From: Ruminococcus bicirculans (ex Wegman et al. 2014)
GTDB taxonomy: Bacteria; Bacillota; Clostridia; Christensenellales; DTU072
DNA: 64,000 bases
NCBI GenBank assembly: GCA_963642145.1
Contig: CAVIFU010000003.1
Location: 6,433-70,432, forward strand
Direction of reading: 5' to 3'
Shown here: piece after piece, positions 34,001 through 35,456 of the stretch
Layout: every line of letters begins with the position of its first letter
Numbering within the stretch: the first letter of the stretch is position 1
The notes under the pieces: model-generated
Seen by the model: only the letters and a program-made list of their open reading frames with translations
Told to the model about the DNA's origin: nothing
Databases searched by the model: none
Translations under genes and position numbers: made by a program

Positions 34001-35317
34001 AACCCCGTATTGGAGATAAGCAGTTCCGGTACCATTTCGGGATCGCTCGGACGTAACGACGACTACACAATCACGTTCGACAACGGTTATACGTTCAAGT
34101 TCCAAGGCGTGTCCGGCGGCGGAACCTACTCCGACAACTACATGAAGTGGAACTTTGATTCCGTCAACTGGTCGGCAGACGGCAGAACGCCGCAATATGC
34201 GACGATGACGCTTGGCGGTAAGGGCGGTCAAACGGTCAAGTGGCGTTTCTACGTCAATAGCGACAAGACGCTCGTCAACAATTCCGTCAAGACGTTGTAC
34301 GCCATGAAGGAGGGCGAGACGATTACGCTCGAAGAGAGTTACAAACAGCTCTTCACCGGGTACACCTTGAATCAATTGAGATCCATCCCGTTAATGTACT
34401 CTAAGCTCAAACGCTATTACTCCAAGACGGTTGACAGCGAGGGCAACGAGACTTATCCGTTAGGCTTATCGACAAGTCGTGACGAAGGAACCGTCCTCAC
34501 TGCAGGCGACACTGTTACCGCGAATAAGGCTACGCCGAACGAGCATCGCTCCGATGACGATTCCGCCTACACCGGCTACATCGAGTGGAGCGCAACTACG
34601 TCGCGCGCATATCCCAACCCGAAGGAGAAAGTCGGCGGTACCATAGTATTCTGCGTATATCGCGATCCTACAACCAAGGATACGGACGAAGAGATCAAGG
34701 ACAAGAAGACGTACTACAACTTGCAAGACTACGGCGCGCGCATCCATAACCCCGACGCCATGTTCGGATATAACGAACTCCGTCCGTTGTTGCCGACAGG
34801 CTGGGAGTATCCTTCCAACATGATGGATACCGGCGTTGTGAACATCGGCGAGAATTCCAGAACGATGCCGCAAGACGCCACGGCGTACCGCATACAGTAC
34901 AATAGCACTACCGGTAAGTACAAGCAAAACGATACGCCTATAATCACGGTTGCCGCCGGCTCGATGTTCGATTTGCGTTACCTGCCGATGATTTCCGTCA
35001 AGGAATATCGTCCGTCGGTAGAAGTAAAGGGCACCAGCGTCCTCGGTATTACCATTACGAGTAAGACCGTTGACGGATTCGAGTACGACCTGATGTACCT
35101 CATCCCGTGGAATAAGGCGCAAGTCTACTACACAGACCAGAAGTACGATCTGAGTAAGTGGAATCCCTCCAACAGCGCGTACGGCAGATTGGTATCGGAA
35201 GGCTTTGCCGGCATCAACTTCGAGGATAAGCGCATAGGCGGTAGATACACGATAGTGTGCTCCATGGAGTTCGACACCGGAACGTTACCGATAGTCGTGG
35301 CAATAGACGTTGTATAA
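7088..35317 (+). CDS. Giant (~9,409 aa) cell-surface lipoprotein with a novel repeat-module array and Ig-like domains
   Basis: The track shows one uninterrupted ORF at 7019..35317. The preferred start is ATG 7088, 8 nt after AAGGAG (7074-7079). The N-terminus MKKSLLYKSVLALLIVSLALVLFAC is a type II signal peptide with a lipobox. The TAA stop at 35315-35317 is followed by a hairpin terminator. Confidence 0.9.
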   Translation: MKKSLLYKSVLALLIVSLALVLFACSPRENTSTDSDVIQGDKTDVVEETRLTQEIKHQEAEQMIKDGIANNKAYYTCSDDPEWFVMDVTFDYSFEYFWLDSAERESTSTACKAVLKANINLKNNQRSQLYFQILNANSVPVFCVYYASGYTYLVVGTDKYYMPELNFTEVGSLVYGAIAGNDINVLQIVSGFVTGSSTGLESLLGQYAGMLSLAKSLVFKNKSYATQYNYDAENKIYKSRDVAREIKLNETLSLLCGSGLNLGSLNLSFAGIWDLVGLNLDPVLGQFLGFTFEGLGAKDWPSMSAYLTTHTELETFTKTSDTGMDYTAQDYVTKGINITINTAADVEATREKYAGYTPADMGESEKVEEYSVSIDLSPILLYASDSPISINFGELGLNETGRQNTYSQGSIGNIGLGATLFVENDADGKVTVNSVLGKALDVNLGALGDMAINFPYAARYELSLDVKVALDFFSAQATQAEITIAYNDSPLIRAFLDGTDLYLNFDDVKSFSGAIIPKVKLSGFSVNGLLSDVLNKIKPYIDPNYTKVSSVLNASGSSGSAEEEGGSSVDVMSILKVVLNNLDLPGRGEYRVDKYGDIVRDADGNPVPNDWNIALVLDSETLSEIVGMIMPLNGNFGDDLQVKLSFNQLDFLNTIALDVDVTDTVRMGLTLDTISFIKEHDFENYNLVDSEEKRGAYTDVSAFLINYNYNMFMYGEVDLGMQETSDRGIDLGGLIGQFIDGLLLSVHVERGQDIRFAYKLEANTNITDLTQTELKLTVYNPNNETVYIRLFYIGRTDTVLIDLQNFSALEDQINGLSSIGELPRLKYENLGLKDTLASIDIVGVLSGILTGQSEQNGPYSMTLDTSDPDFIVKTRDAIVGLLSVFGAINSIDGSIDKDGLNNVLKALYGAEDDGADGETGSGIDMMTILGAALDGVNVDAIAGTLTANIAANVLSVLMTLLLAPVDEFGNPKTIDMPEVNAYLRVQLLNFTFDGKNLPEDGYVKLYLAIRDSGNKEIDAVYFEVDLIKDVGVRTGRINLYEDIIESDYESTFKTIQAFLDDLVVGLRVSGELDMSVENEPVWKVDENGSVVLDKDGNKVPSVDESGNIIYSDKKIKEYTNAYINGILSGLLTGLGLRIDTTDFNIAVGFEIVAKISFAGAIKLDGSEGEDLIPTILKKSEIKVRLFDNRSSDKPSILGLYLKDGNAYLDLSYFDVPSIGVTDVDKLISDIGDLTGSNEANAKKAETAPANLMNLNRVAQYAGVANAEAVALQVILNPEALTVTLTKDAIAGLVGLFLKDTALPVAIQETELSLGFGDKGLTLDVTTGVDVFDLSLSVSNVGIDVDKEALSGLNYEVDVPADVEFYMTENGMPVNVYLELGGYLNINSEPLEGKDANIIDLAPALSGLLSGVELGALIEFLGIVDESLFFEVRGSVNLNEIVDIAKNGFDFAKIKESALSVTLKTYASSDPTDVDADGNRTLRNVLEIYYVDGDLYAHIDTAIVELQYVYVPDANEVISELIGRFNGGNTDEETPQSAADTEEVTQDEIIQYYIDLVLGEYGISVNITKALLTGVFKMLGLDLDAYISGLDLEAEVAFNAHPLEAYLNLKVRDVGADGVDDPDTDNPNDGNFVSLTASVDNLKLMLDKSFTLSEEEKSHYSTIETLDTIGVVISGAAKFEITATGDTTDPETGASGNITSLTNILNEIKAIIDASATKTKLTWIRDASLGKYDTDDVKYSDKSDSELSIIYDRDITVKDYTKLLNFGLILEVIGDVVDGKSAFGGEVYYELEAILDITNIADLKASFFLSSSQKSEDRGNILWVSVMGVDDGNGNYDINVFADLTKVLKEGLVVEDVIRVNNFGAFKTYMEKFTKLAVGAEAQFDSAMPLNSSNNRLELPHNAAGDVVPSIMTGASVVLAITSKAGDYNIPNEAPIALIVPSAAVYSLADMLLSGDSAFEVEIDESKITSYVNDGVYSEDEYYYALRGLTETHAEALAVALEKGELTSQNYTIANAYWTAFVASLNGVHERDEETIAEYNTTVGTFISTYTAIFESEQSINQTFTTIDQTAIDALKTAFEAFRTFYEDTLKPSAATVKDPEEAQIENLRKGLRTIRIEELKKQKEEGTLSEYNFDYLYKGILHTVEGEAVDPSSLVKINIADFFGVHDPSLLIEIGATSVPDAESGTRTAFLLVNVSLAELLTLQLEIDKVTVSISPDDSYYVGKPDDNGNIIGGLLKQSYHWINPDEMWEQHIVISINGELDLDAADTDDDTAIDLSSLISSILSTADFGAMIRNQGLDPTKITYELSVNANLHDILKTVATKDIYWLLVRSEVLLRIGFNGTREYYDKETGKYVEDRDCTEYISLYYEDGTAYIDGSVIGVQKVKVETALKNLFDFIGAGDLSKYYEISRDDERSAFAADNTETESYALNAPVTAEEYLPYVRLAFGNQTGIVIEVMSEVLFTVLSGLDLGENFPIKDLGSVVRESLNGNLEFQLGVMTKLGLLDEKWSKEEKDLLSLALKAGNYTVGLKLSEIALDLRDSSESSVSIKPDDIKEHEYQQSENLENVYAEFAIDIDFDGVNGTKFNLDETVDGILGRLGINSDGSVNSTVETIRGLGLEPIIQLLSTLSSHYRIELKANINFAEIIDEKTFYDSNFALYLRDRDTLIDYGDGQGEVCKEVLSAHYVDRSLYLNAECFNIQATRIDNFWDFINEIIKIYVPEKGETDDTEAEDTDAQTEEIKNATGFAGYESKDGFDPFGLIRQVTDGTANSVATYINILACPEGLVLSIGTTALFGVLRALGGEAMDFESYVQPIGELNIEASLLGPEDIIKLGVKFEGYEFSGDERINIGTDENPEYKKHGDIGFSFGIVNDFTLAFNYQWLANKYYTDDTYEVVTINKSISAPDKAHVDDGNDGYEDIEYTAVDLTDPVIGLSTVLYIDLAAGEITGSGITGTVTREYDENGELKGVHFDGYDLNKEPLTSLLAGVIDATLAILLEINGTNTLNIELEILVNFPLRNYKGVEAQVTLRDVNAGNILFRANLHNSNLYVDLTYLNGPKFTVEDVLETLLGEKEFEDDLLGDLFGNLFGGNKSSSGVQNASGAQNASSSTTTPVNLDLGVERIIKGVMTHGIALYVTETALNSVLGTLKMANMKIFSDVLVQIGLAAKSNSFILAVDVEAQAEYTDKSLNSVKSKVIDLGLGIDGLRLNFKGFSNEELLLPQTANYIKAHEVNVITLGTSVEIELGINGGTIGLENLYKELLSKDGAVAGLIGGSDNPFYTLIEQSDVLTGVLPKMVMLGDVGDTLVFDISAMIPIKSGLEGLLSDMQLKLEIYSKTCREKFDIVLTYYKNQLYGDFSSIGLGKVYVEDVDFLINWFKDLLGGSGEETEPASASLTNMSSLQNAFSDKYPSWSSALGLNNADSGDSLVGIVKILLNQDDGLLITVTFEMINTLLKMVGVDIGLEKYLAGVVNPSATVGITTRPAYEVGIHIDTAQTTTPQWIWDEETKTYTKGEDTEGNDGGMDLALRLLGDTVKIGVENESVVYTPYGLQSTLTPLISESERATYKMFNEVALNLGTNLSLRLDLDDGLVQINALLDTILGIIGMKMPEDYDTKLVFGGGNETLYCEINVRVGVDLAKLLSVKTEDITKAITLEFTMQYTIIDNTTNEVYLNQKILQIYMLNDVIYAGIELFDTELGVKVADLELSDTIRGLMEKLFIVDDVEDDVTTDGDKTEESTAQNSSANPILDMYEATKDNVGNTPIGKLMTPMIYLNSQGFALMLTNELLVASIDAILKIFNDGAIGTQDGDPLVLDRDDITFIANEILDYATVGVYFDPDKEGNMSVKLNITKEAGEKEETGEDAKWYDSVGYGITLSLFHDSLLIVNTETYEARLNYLANDEEHVAYYNNCLDSRDVTWRVNLGLDLSVGADISEYILNWSSLFVNEKDEDGNTTGAGFYIQALQDIVGELTLRIKADVVLTALDEWAVDAIIQLVKLKEDGTYVGNDDVEEEIFALYIVGSLNDAATYQEKGVRVYMTLGAMDQYGLSGITLDSSVFEEFLDLNVKALLEALGGKLSTAVEGSLVKSLSDLMDKMKEILKDIGGRASDEIEETVESNPQNAEEDVDSNGTEDPYAVEEEEEETPVAWYAGLFDSIRFTKGAISLVVAQTAIQTILKQLFNFPFEDKVGELALTLDNANNSLKLSFGTDYQEAENVSQIDIDRLIPTIADDASVSTITAEIEGLEYEVLGVTDKLFLSGLQVAYNGRTVIAEASSAYLSNTKATEVKGISDGEVRYLVYDVNKMFTVASDKAEDAASSVANAIITRLAGTPSAHGRYKQDTTEDGTTYLVARDGALKARVAVKKCGSKVLVAYAKSFSGMEIPSLNISSVTPDVLGTNLVSLTTEEEANEEIRREYDDKFLEGITVNGKALTAESVYVQAQKLYGGKADKYEVENPGTRNVFYYVFDPSDYYESESGFTAEELKANAEELKQIISDAFRAGTYTRYMTQDRAIHKLYRYETQFNVSVKVAEVTDDSGNIGYKVLLGAATDRSMFNVYLKIHGLDLGLGEGNIFKEMPLGGKIRDGKTEYEVNGEKVTYDYNDYFEEQFKPLSDYKWEFEAYSELTIDDTVGGIFDMSDLLGVVGSLVGGDIGNIVSAINFALQPIDDVAITFGLAVRGYIDFSDFTPIRLQVELTNQGKTMLLLTYVGGYDSDENGDYENSTIYLDLSGLGFPSVKLEGIQLGAVIKKVVGNLGGNNASDEQQSADKDTQTESSDTVNPSNASAPDRVYLKDKDIDFKMLLLTLGDENASIAITGALLCSLIANIAANDKISSILGGLDIEVPLFRNLQIGYSKEDNLAGVILRLTDDTPYEKALRIGFNFRGKDETQEGYGSYTKFRTGDAQSTTIAPREHVEGEKEEGIVYEDISVITKVALGVELETRVRTKDTEKSSQLQALETLLQTLLAGAGLLPDSDGVINLDVQNTMLVFNLGLNVYTDLSDLTETTIQLSLKLSGEDLLGIYFLGKTNTVYVDLEGLGFFRAAVNGVDLIGILNNFVGGFLGDDGLEIGEMLTGLINGLTNASQQDAAASASIAEDTDAPRNAAIDLVTSTDSPLLKILVSNEELIINPNVAILQKLVGDSMILPKITDIRLGINLYQGLNNFNLKVKLDQKGNYVSLGIPEGGLNVLVGKDSENLKLYTIGDESTYGGVIGISLGVDSAGSISAGIDASKLAQGLLDTIELSDFTLYLEKRNDYFFFRNLAYKVSSGTFDFSEFGTSFSTGPTVFSTLADSTTWSKYSTTTDGKELNPYDVAFVSNGQAFSLTIGSWDIGKYIKTYEPIFFDNAYRRVAIYANKSVQNVVELDIRQLTQVGNVETYANSDDWEPMGLTAFIKDNVIKLSLDNLLVIDLTGLINQITGFLLKSIVSAISGPAGTVVSALWSVIGPAISGYIADLIGNFSITIGGVEYGNYGNPLKVGKLVTDILSKGDVGIGVFNIYLPTLLGNTAEEENSYGSLFGNVNALANATDNTYAPVEGAKVTLLTGNKEKYVTYTDEDGDYTFVNIASGTYNVKITCDKYNDIPRVGQSNPQVTVYSYYDKPAMEANFTMTKYEEGSWTNITIHGVVERETAVNVVEKVEGAVVYIQNDNEWHEVGKTDANGAYSGTLNLTLKSSYHSMKVENTPVGTIWSSVTLTFNNEGGTNTDYTVNFKYWVGREAEKVPTIKATILVRDFGDNLLTGTASSVYAKYARTDEGEGTSFNANAVHSGSAINGTVINDNFSGAEHAASYSENDVFYDVYEFSSVDDLKTGVKALADAIKALEKDNVKIYDVTEIISGLYYRAESYSEASAIEIRGFVGQSYKGELSYRAIIARKAAKTAAAEESGFEIWLEKDNRTIRNSDSFSGASNNVITVTKEDGSEDSARTNYAQNTARNYLSVIRDGEDGKVLKLSDIEDEATRNKNAVYNQNSGVATIKYLGYSTYTVKVRSTLYENVTIGTVTLTEDKYDIDMGEIILTPKTKPSWIEQENEAERMLQGLRIRLGADTLDASSQGVSGQDPETDAGYTQDGIPLTKYSYLQSLGDKTVNALIHTATGQISSAIGNAIGNAIGGTGGSIVGSLASRGLNALFGQIGGADTSSQYLDAVGKPIFVPWTNYVNGYEQGVKDASDSVTYIEAWVSSDLINNIVSTVHNLLMAYTGYGSISKDRRFTSADLCKIPDGTSEDDIKHLKFSGEFSEDLEEKWGDYAFSSQTDYTDMLYEAGGRLVGSFAVFAVNSLVTLDPKWMNLIQMLAYSIDAIKEILDQVTRLVSHALPLTSGYSMIMEKDLPGSPLNQTEIYSTVWEYNTAYGYMDIEKKTVLGGTKTREMYQPSFSTKDVNGNSLTVEEKSSSSYTFAQGANSISKVTISDDNALGKVVGQRSTNVQDLVANSGVLDKGDNLVGYNYNSGIYANDKIKTTVDDNPVFDDDGELVSGYKRELDFIDKSVYAKVVLNKASGTLLDRIVLFVNGATYSNTASGMLVNQTDYMPNATELRADTILYNEDGSYLSEQYEAMDKIIQKWISTNTVNSYVVISDYKYSASETGVITSTLIGKTYVRDVYGHFDSEDFAYGDISWMVSENNYDKDFNVESVSYRYASRYPLNSDFSLNYTALTLSDMPYVQARSIMSAKDDRFMEIDINNTGLRLRSVSTIGNNLYNSTPNGTSGMSETVTQPPTKIVFHDPYNILDFTAYGGTWTEAYGGVRHNINNDGSYSVNNINDILPNRAYATFTDGTSNGSSGVEMYWDFTMLSMVPSTEGTTGYIRGYVGEETYSKNAQGTVTYIQAVVEGGLLINIDSTDNIKGQPERNKQDATLFAIDENNKEKALTLPEIDPLNFDKDEYLASLPKTIVYTAKMRYEREGSYQTFTVYGQETDYIVKRYVFNDVSWDIDLSTVSYSGEPATLKLTYRFTPSKDTEGNTLGEPSESVTVNVPVSVKNCVATNVTRLSAVEYANFVYLKGTDNSGYMIVALSDCESDTLNAVTLSGVQQFTEIASNKAKNYAARFGAITAFAGESTANSYYYDEESDVFYYVYEGVSTDDFNLYVKSFGEDNRQEIHNNYEKYDTLGTGATVYHYRKLVNSYEAELTDRDGENVIVVNPIFGTDIHDKLSSVKRIDITVNETDRDNEPTGNKTDITRWYVESVDASSIANVDFNAISHETYTVYFNVKDDIGNTQKIAVKVEVLPKKVVTNNLDETVPTDGRVITPFDTTRESASLAVYYKKSGSDGTMILGLFPKGTATAYTYPDLTALTGVTASSFPTSIVKEYGSVPEFSGARSGITVYTDGDVKYIAIEGVSLGVFQEYKNKLTEQGVVTTAREDRLSEFASLDNNLSAYVATGSLNVFGLPTSINVGYGTDANNVYHKTTIYEGTDFVWIADSADKLKYDYDMTSETWTYTWTARIGTGDNVQELPVVFTINRRVPSSIKQITVYPYSEYYSNGAQVTDKACSIDSEQSVIYSDGTARKTKVYFRMDGESWQGKVEGTPVIINGVTYLTDVRFIDPSFDGSWYFADAIMQDDVFGTCTIKNVRIIVTKSTISSLDIPSKEIYVYDADNDITAYLAQEGIRANIYQIKNNTIGTKAFEIIGWSYVDEDGLLPSYTYDGSDVPQIKVLIGNVGYKAGKHVWAQEVTVNLSKDVYPAKVLKRINDVNDGGYSLTYKDGGYVIAIEDPFKFAMPTELTVTFEDGTEGVVPVEFDFGKDGIDFYKATDGIKGTMTLGNKANNKVTLNVTYVNENPRTQIKVTYYSDKDCAEEFNIFTYNAFDVIRLPKYAKFTVGGVQENNVYDVIWDSVEAYSNEGGTVKAVSLIGDDVFGYLKDVVELTINAEDIIDYSLPSIVSANPYNMSALGALLGIDGDVLPVTTLVNGVKVNKELSVKYPTIAIDYRNTVTHLTDIEVGVTLDFGGVNRIMDGDTDIGKTLEVRKALPITVVVESRVAIGVKTWFTTESTNITGSIYEPIDFATLGRATVVAVGKDKDYGSKLLSGKTTFEDVIANATRLDSEMWPEEIKTWSAIADKARANGQIGAVYYSESEQTYYVCYRGDVDLDLVDSALKTAGARQTAGADCISYFDPNGNVMVQAKSFEEGVTVLFENAEEEKYDIAWDTSSLKYTYAGGTYTVRATLAKGDKELEQTFYVKVYVKPASLVSIGVTSDGLEEGSVVKSENGIIKELVVDPYIGFVGLPSKVMAYFNGYNSPIEIDVSWNFSKILAEMTSKGGTYDATNNKAAVAYVYVTDADGNRTAVQTIEVPVTVLDRSLNSILFSYFASRADYEEARENGYGGQEFVEYSGELYVNPYLTAYSEDFDSENFAYYRRVLLLVNRVDTDDLDDNVWSDAYKELAFNLNKDSYVIRDISTNRATDLNNLYTGRKIDVRISFGSTGDTVGSDTKFSRSITTTIYNMTYASGLISEYAVDPYGLEGPTDVSAFTSSERKTITTVSGETIDMDVAYDLTNAYPYDANGNVKITVKGGTREIKATFGNEYGGYQTKIINVKYANREIKSLFDVDDGGSYAYSNDSGAVQFEIDPFVHYEKGKTYPAASNTVRFKYDALVASYGDAESHITVEWDDENVELSYKGNKTSYALAKVTGAGGVYEQTLRYKVIVLDRTVTSFDNILKENAGKINPYEYSFEDDVSSAVVRDMFQANADFKVVFGNMTRNPVTGESIDEGDEPMSITFTLGGKASNNGYTYTDSDGNKKTYTYYLAEGESDYDLRFVLDSARGLGHKGKDARFYITIPGFALGAKGEQLASFDVPCEQAYMMGARFYNGSGDENDPKAYTLTYLDWLKSNYSADTEIIQQVPYAYGAYHGDTYKISNPYFFISMGGVPLPDKALVYVGALYDSDGNYLYTDNPEGAYDTQNSSYSFLTELGWSNTVNSKTRIKYDEADHTSAFQLDLDGQTYKFRFAVDTSWKLSEEIIISETYKYGKEEVILMPDNSAVNTQNPVLEISSSGTISGSLGRNDDYTITFDNGYTFKFQGVSGGGTYSDNYMKWNFDSVNWSADGRTPQYATMTLGGKGGQTVKWRFYVNSDKTLVNNSVKTLYAMKEGETITLEESYKQLFTGYTLNQLRSIPLMYSKLKRYYSKTVDSEGNETYPLGLSTSRDEGTVLTAGDTVTANKATPNEHRSDDDSAYTGYIEWSATTSRAYPNPKEKVGGTIVFCVYRDPTTKDTDEEIKDKKTYYNLQDYGARIHNPDAMFGYNELRPLLPTGWEYPSNMMDTGVVNIGENSRTMPQDATAYRIQYNSTTGKYKQNDTPIITVAAGSMFDLRYLPMISVKEYRPSVEVKGTSVLGITITSKTVDGFEYDLMYLIPWNKAQVYYTDQKYDLSKWNPSNSAYGRLVSEGFAGINFEDKRIGGRYTIVCSMEFDTGTLPIVVAIDVV
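7532..22450 (+). repeat. Protein-level array of about 14 diverged ~330 aa modules inside the giant ORF
   Basis: Motif A (consensus roughly x-Y-[LVI]-D-L-x-x-[LF]-G-x-x-K-[VI]-x-V-E-D-V) begins at 7532, 8585, 9476, 10697, 11558, 12587, 14195, 15149, 16223, 17138, 18137, 19184, 21245 and 22163. Motif B (G-h-x-h-x-h-T-x-x-h-h-x-x-h-h, for example GISVNITKALLTGVFKML and GLLITVTFEMINTLLKMV) begins near 8920, 9916, 10921, 11767, 12885, 14440, 15439, 16481, 17407, 18418, 19570, 21517 and 22450. Confidence 0.8.
23671..25140 (+). other. Carboxypeptidase-regulatory-like (CarboxypepD_reg) beta-sandwich domains within the giant protein
   Basis: YAPVEGAKVTLLTGNKEKYVTYTDEDGDYTFVNIASGTYNVKI (23671-23800), GAVVYIQNDNEWHEVGKTDANGAYSGTLNL (~23990-24080), and GYSTYTVKVRSTLYENVTIGTVTL (~25000-25080). 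Confidence 0.6.
27350..35300 (+). other. C-terminal run of Ig-like domains of the Big_4 style (LP-x-x-h-x-h-x-F-x-DG-x...V-x-W-D) within the giant protein
   Basis: Recurrent anchors include LPNRAYATFTDGTSNGSSGVEMYWDF (27353), PTELTVTFEDGTEGVVPVEFDF (30208), LPKYAKFTVGGVQENNVYDVIWDS (30484), LPSKVMAYFNGYNSPIEIDVSWNF (31722) and HITVEWDD (~32860). Confidence 0.55.
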
Positions 35318-35325
35318 TAGAGAGA

Positions 35326-35356
35326 GGGCTGTTGAGGAATTTCAACAGCCCTTTTC
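35326..35356 (+). terminator. Rho-independent terminator of the giant gene
   Basis: 10 bp perfect stem GGGCTGTTGA / TCAACAGCCC, loop GGAATT, then TTTT. Confidence 0.85.
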
Positions 35357-35396
35357 ATATAGCGCCGCCGCGCCGAGTCGGGCACATCTTTGAGGA

Positions 35397-35425
35397 TTGA
35401 CTACTTGCGCGCGCGGTAGTATAAT
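35397..35425 (+). promoter_or_regulatory. sigma-70-type promoter of the protease-dockerin operon
   Basis: TTGACT (35397-35402), 17 nt spacer, TATAAT (35420-35425). Confidence 0.7.
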
Positions 35426-35456
35426 ATAAAGGTACCACGGAGTGGTAAGAGGTTAT

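Noticed and set aside
7088-35317. The giant ORF as an assembly artefact, either a collapsed or expanded tandem repeat or a chimeric join.
   Set aside because: The modules are recognisable only at motif level, and I saw no long nucleotide-identical repeats that would mislead an assembler. Codon style is uniform throughout, and the gene has matching promoter, RBS, signal peptide and terminator. This cannot be fully excluded without read data.
35442-35456. GTG 35442 as the start of the protease gene.
   Set aside because: It overlaps the RBS (GGTAAGAGG) that serves ATG 35457. The signal peptide reads better from MHNKRTV.
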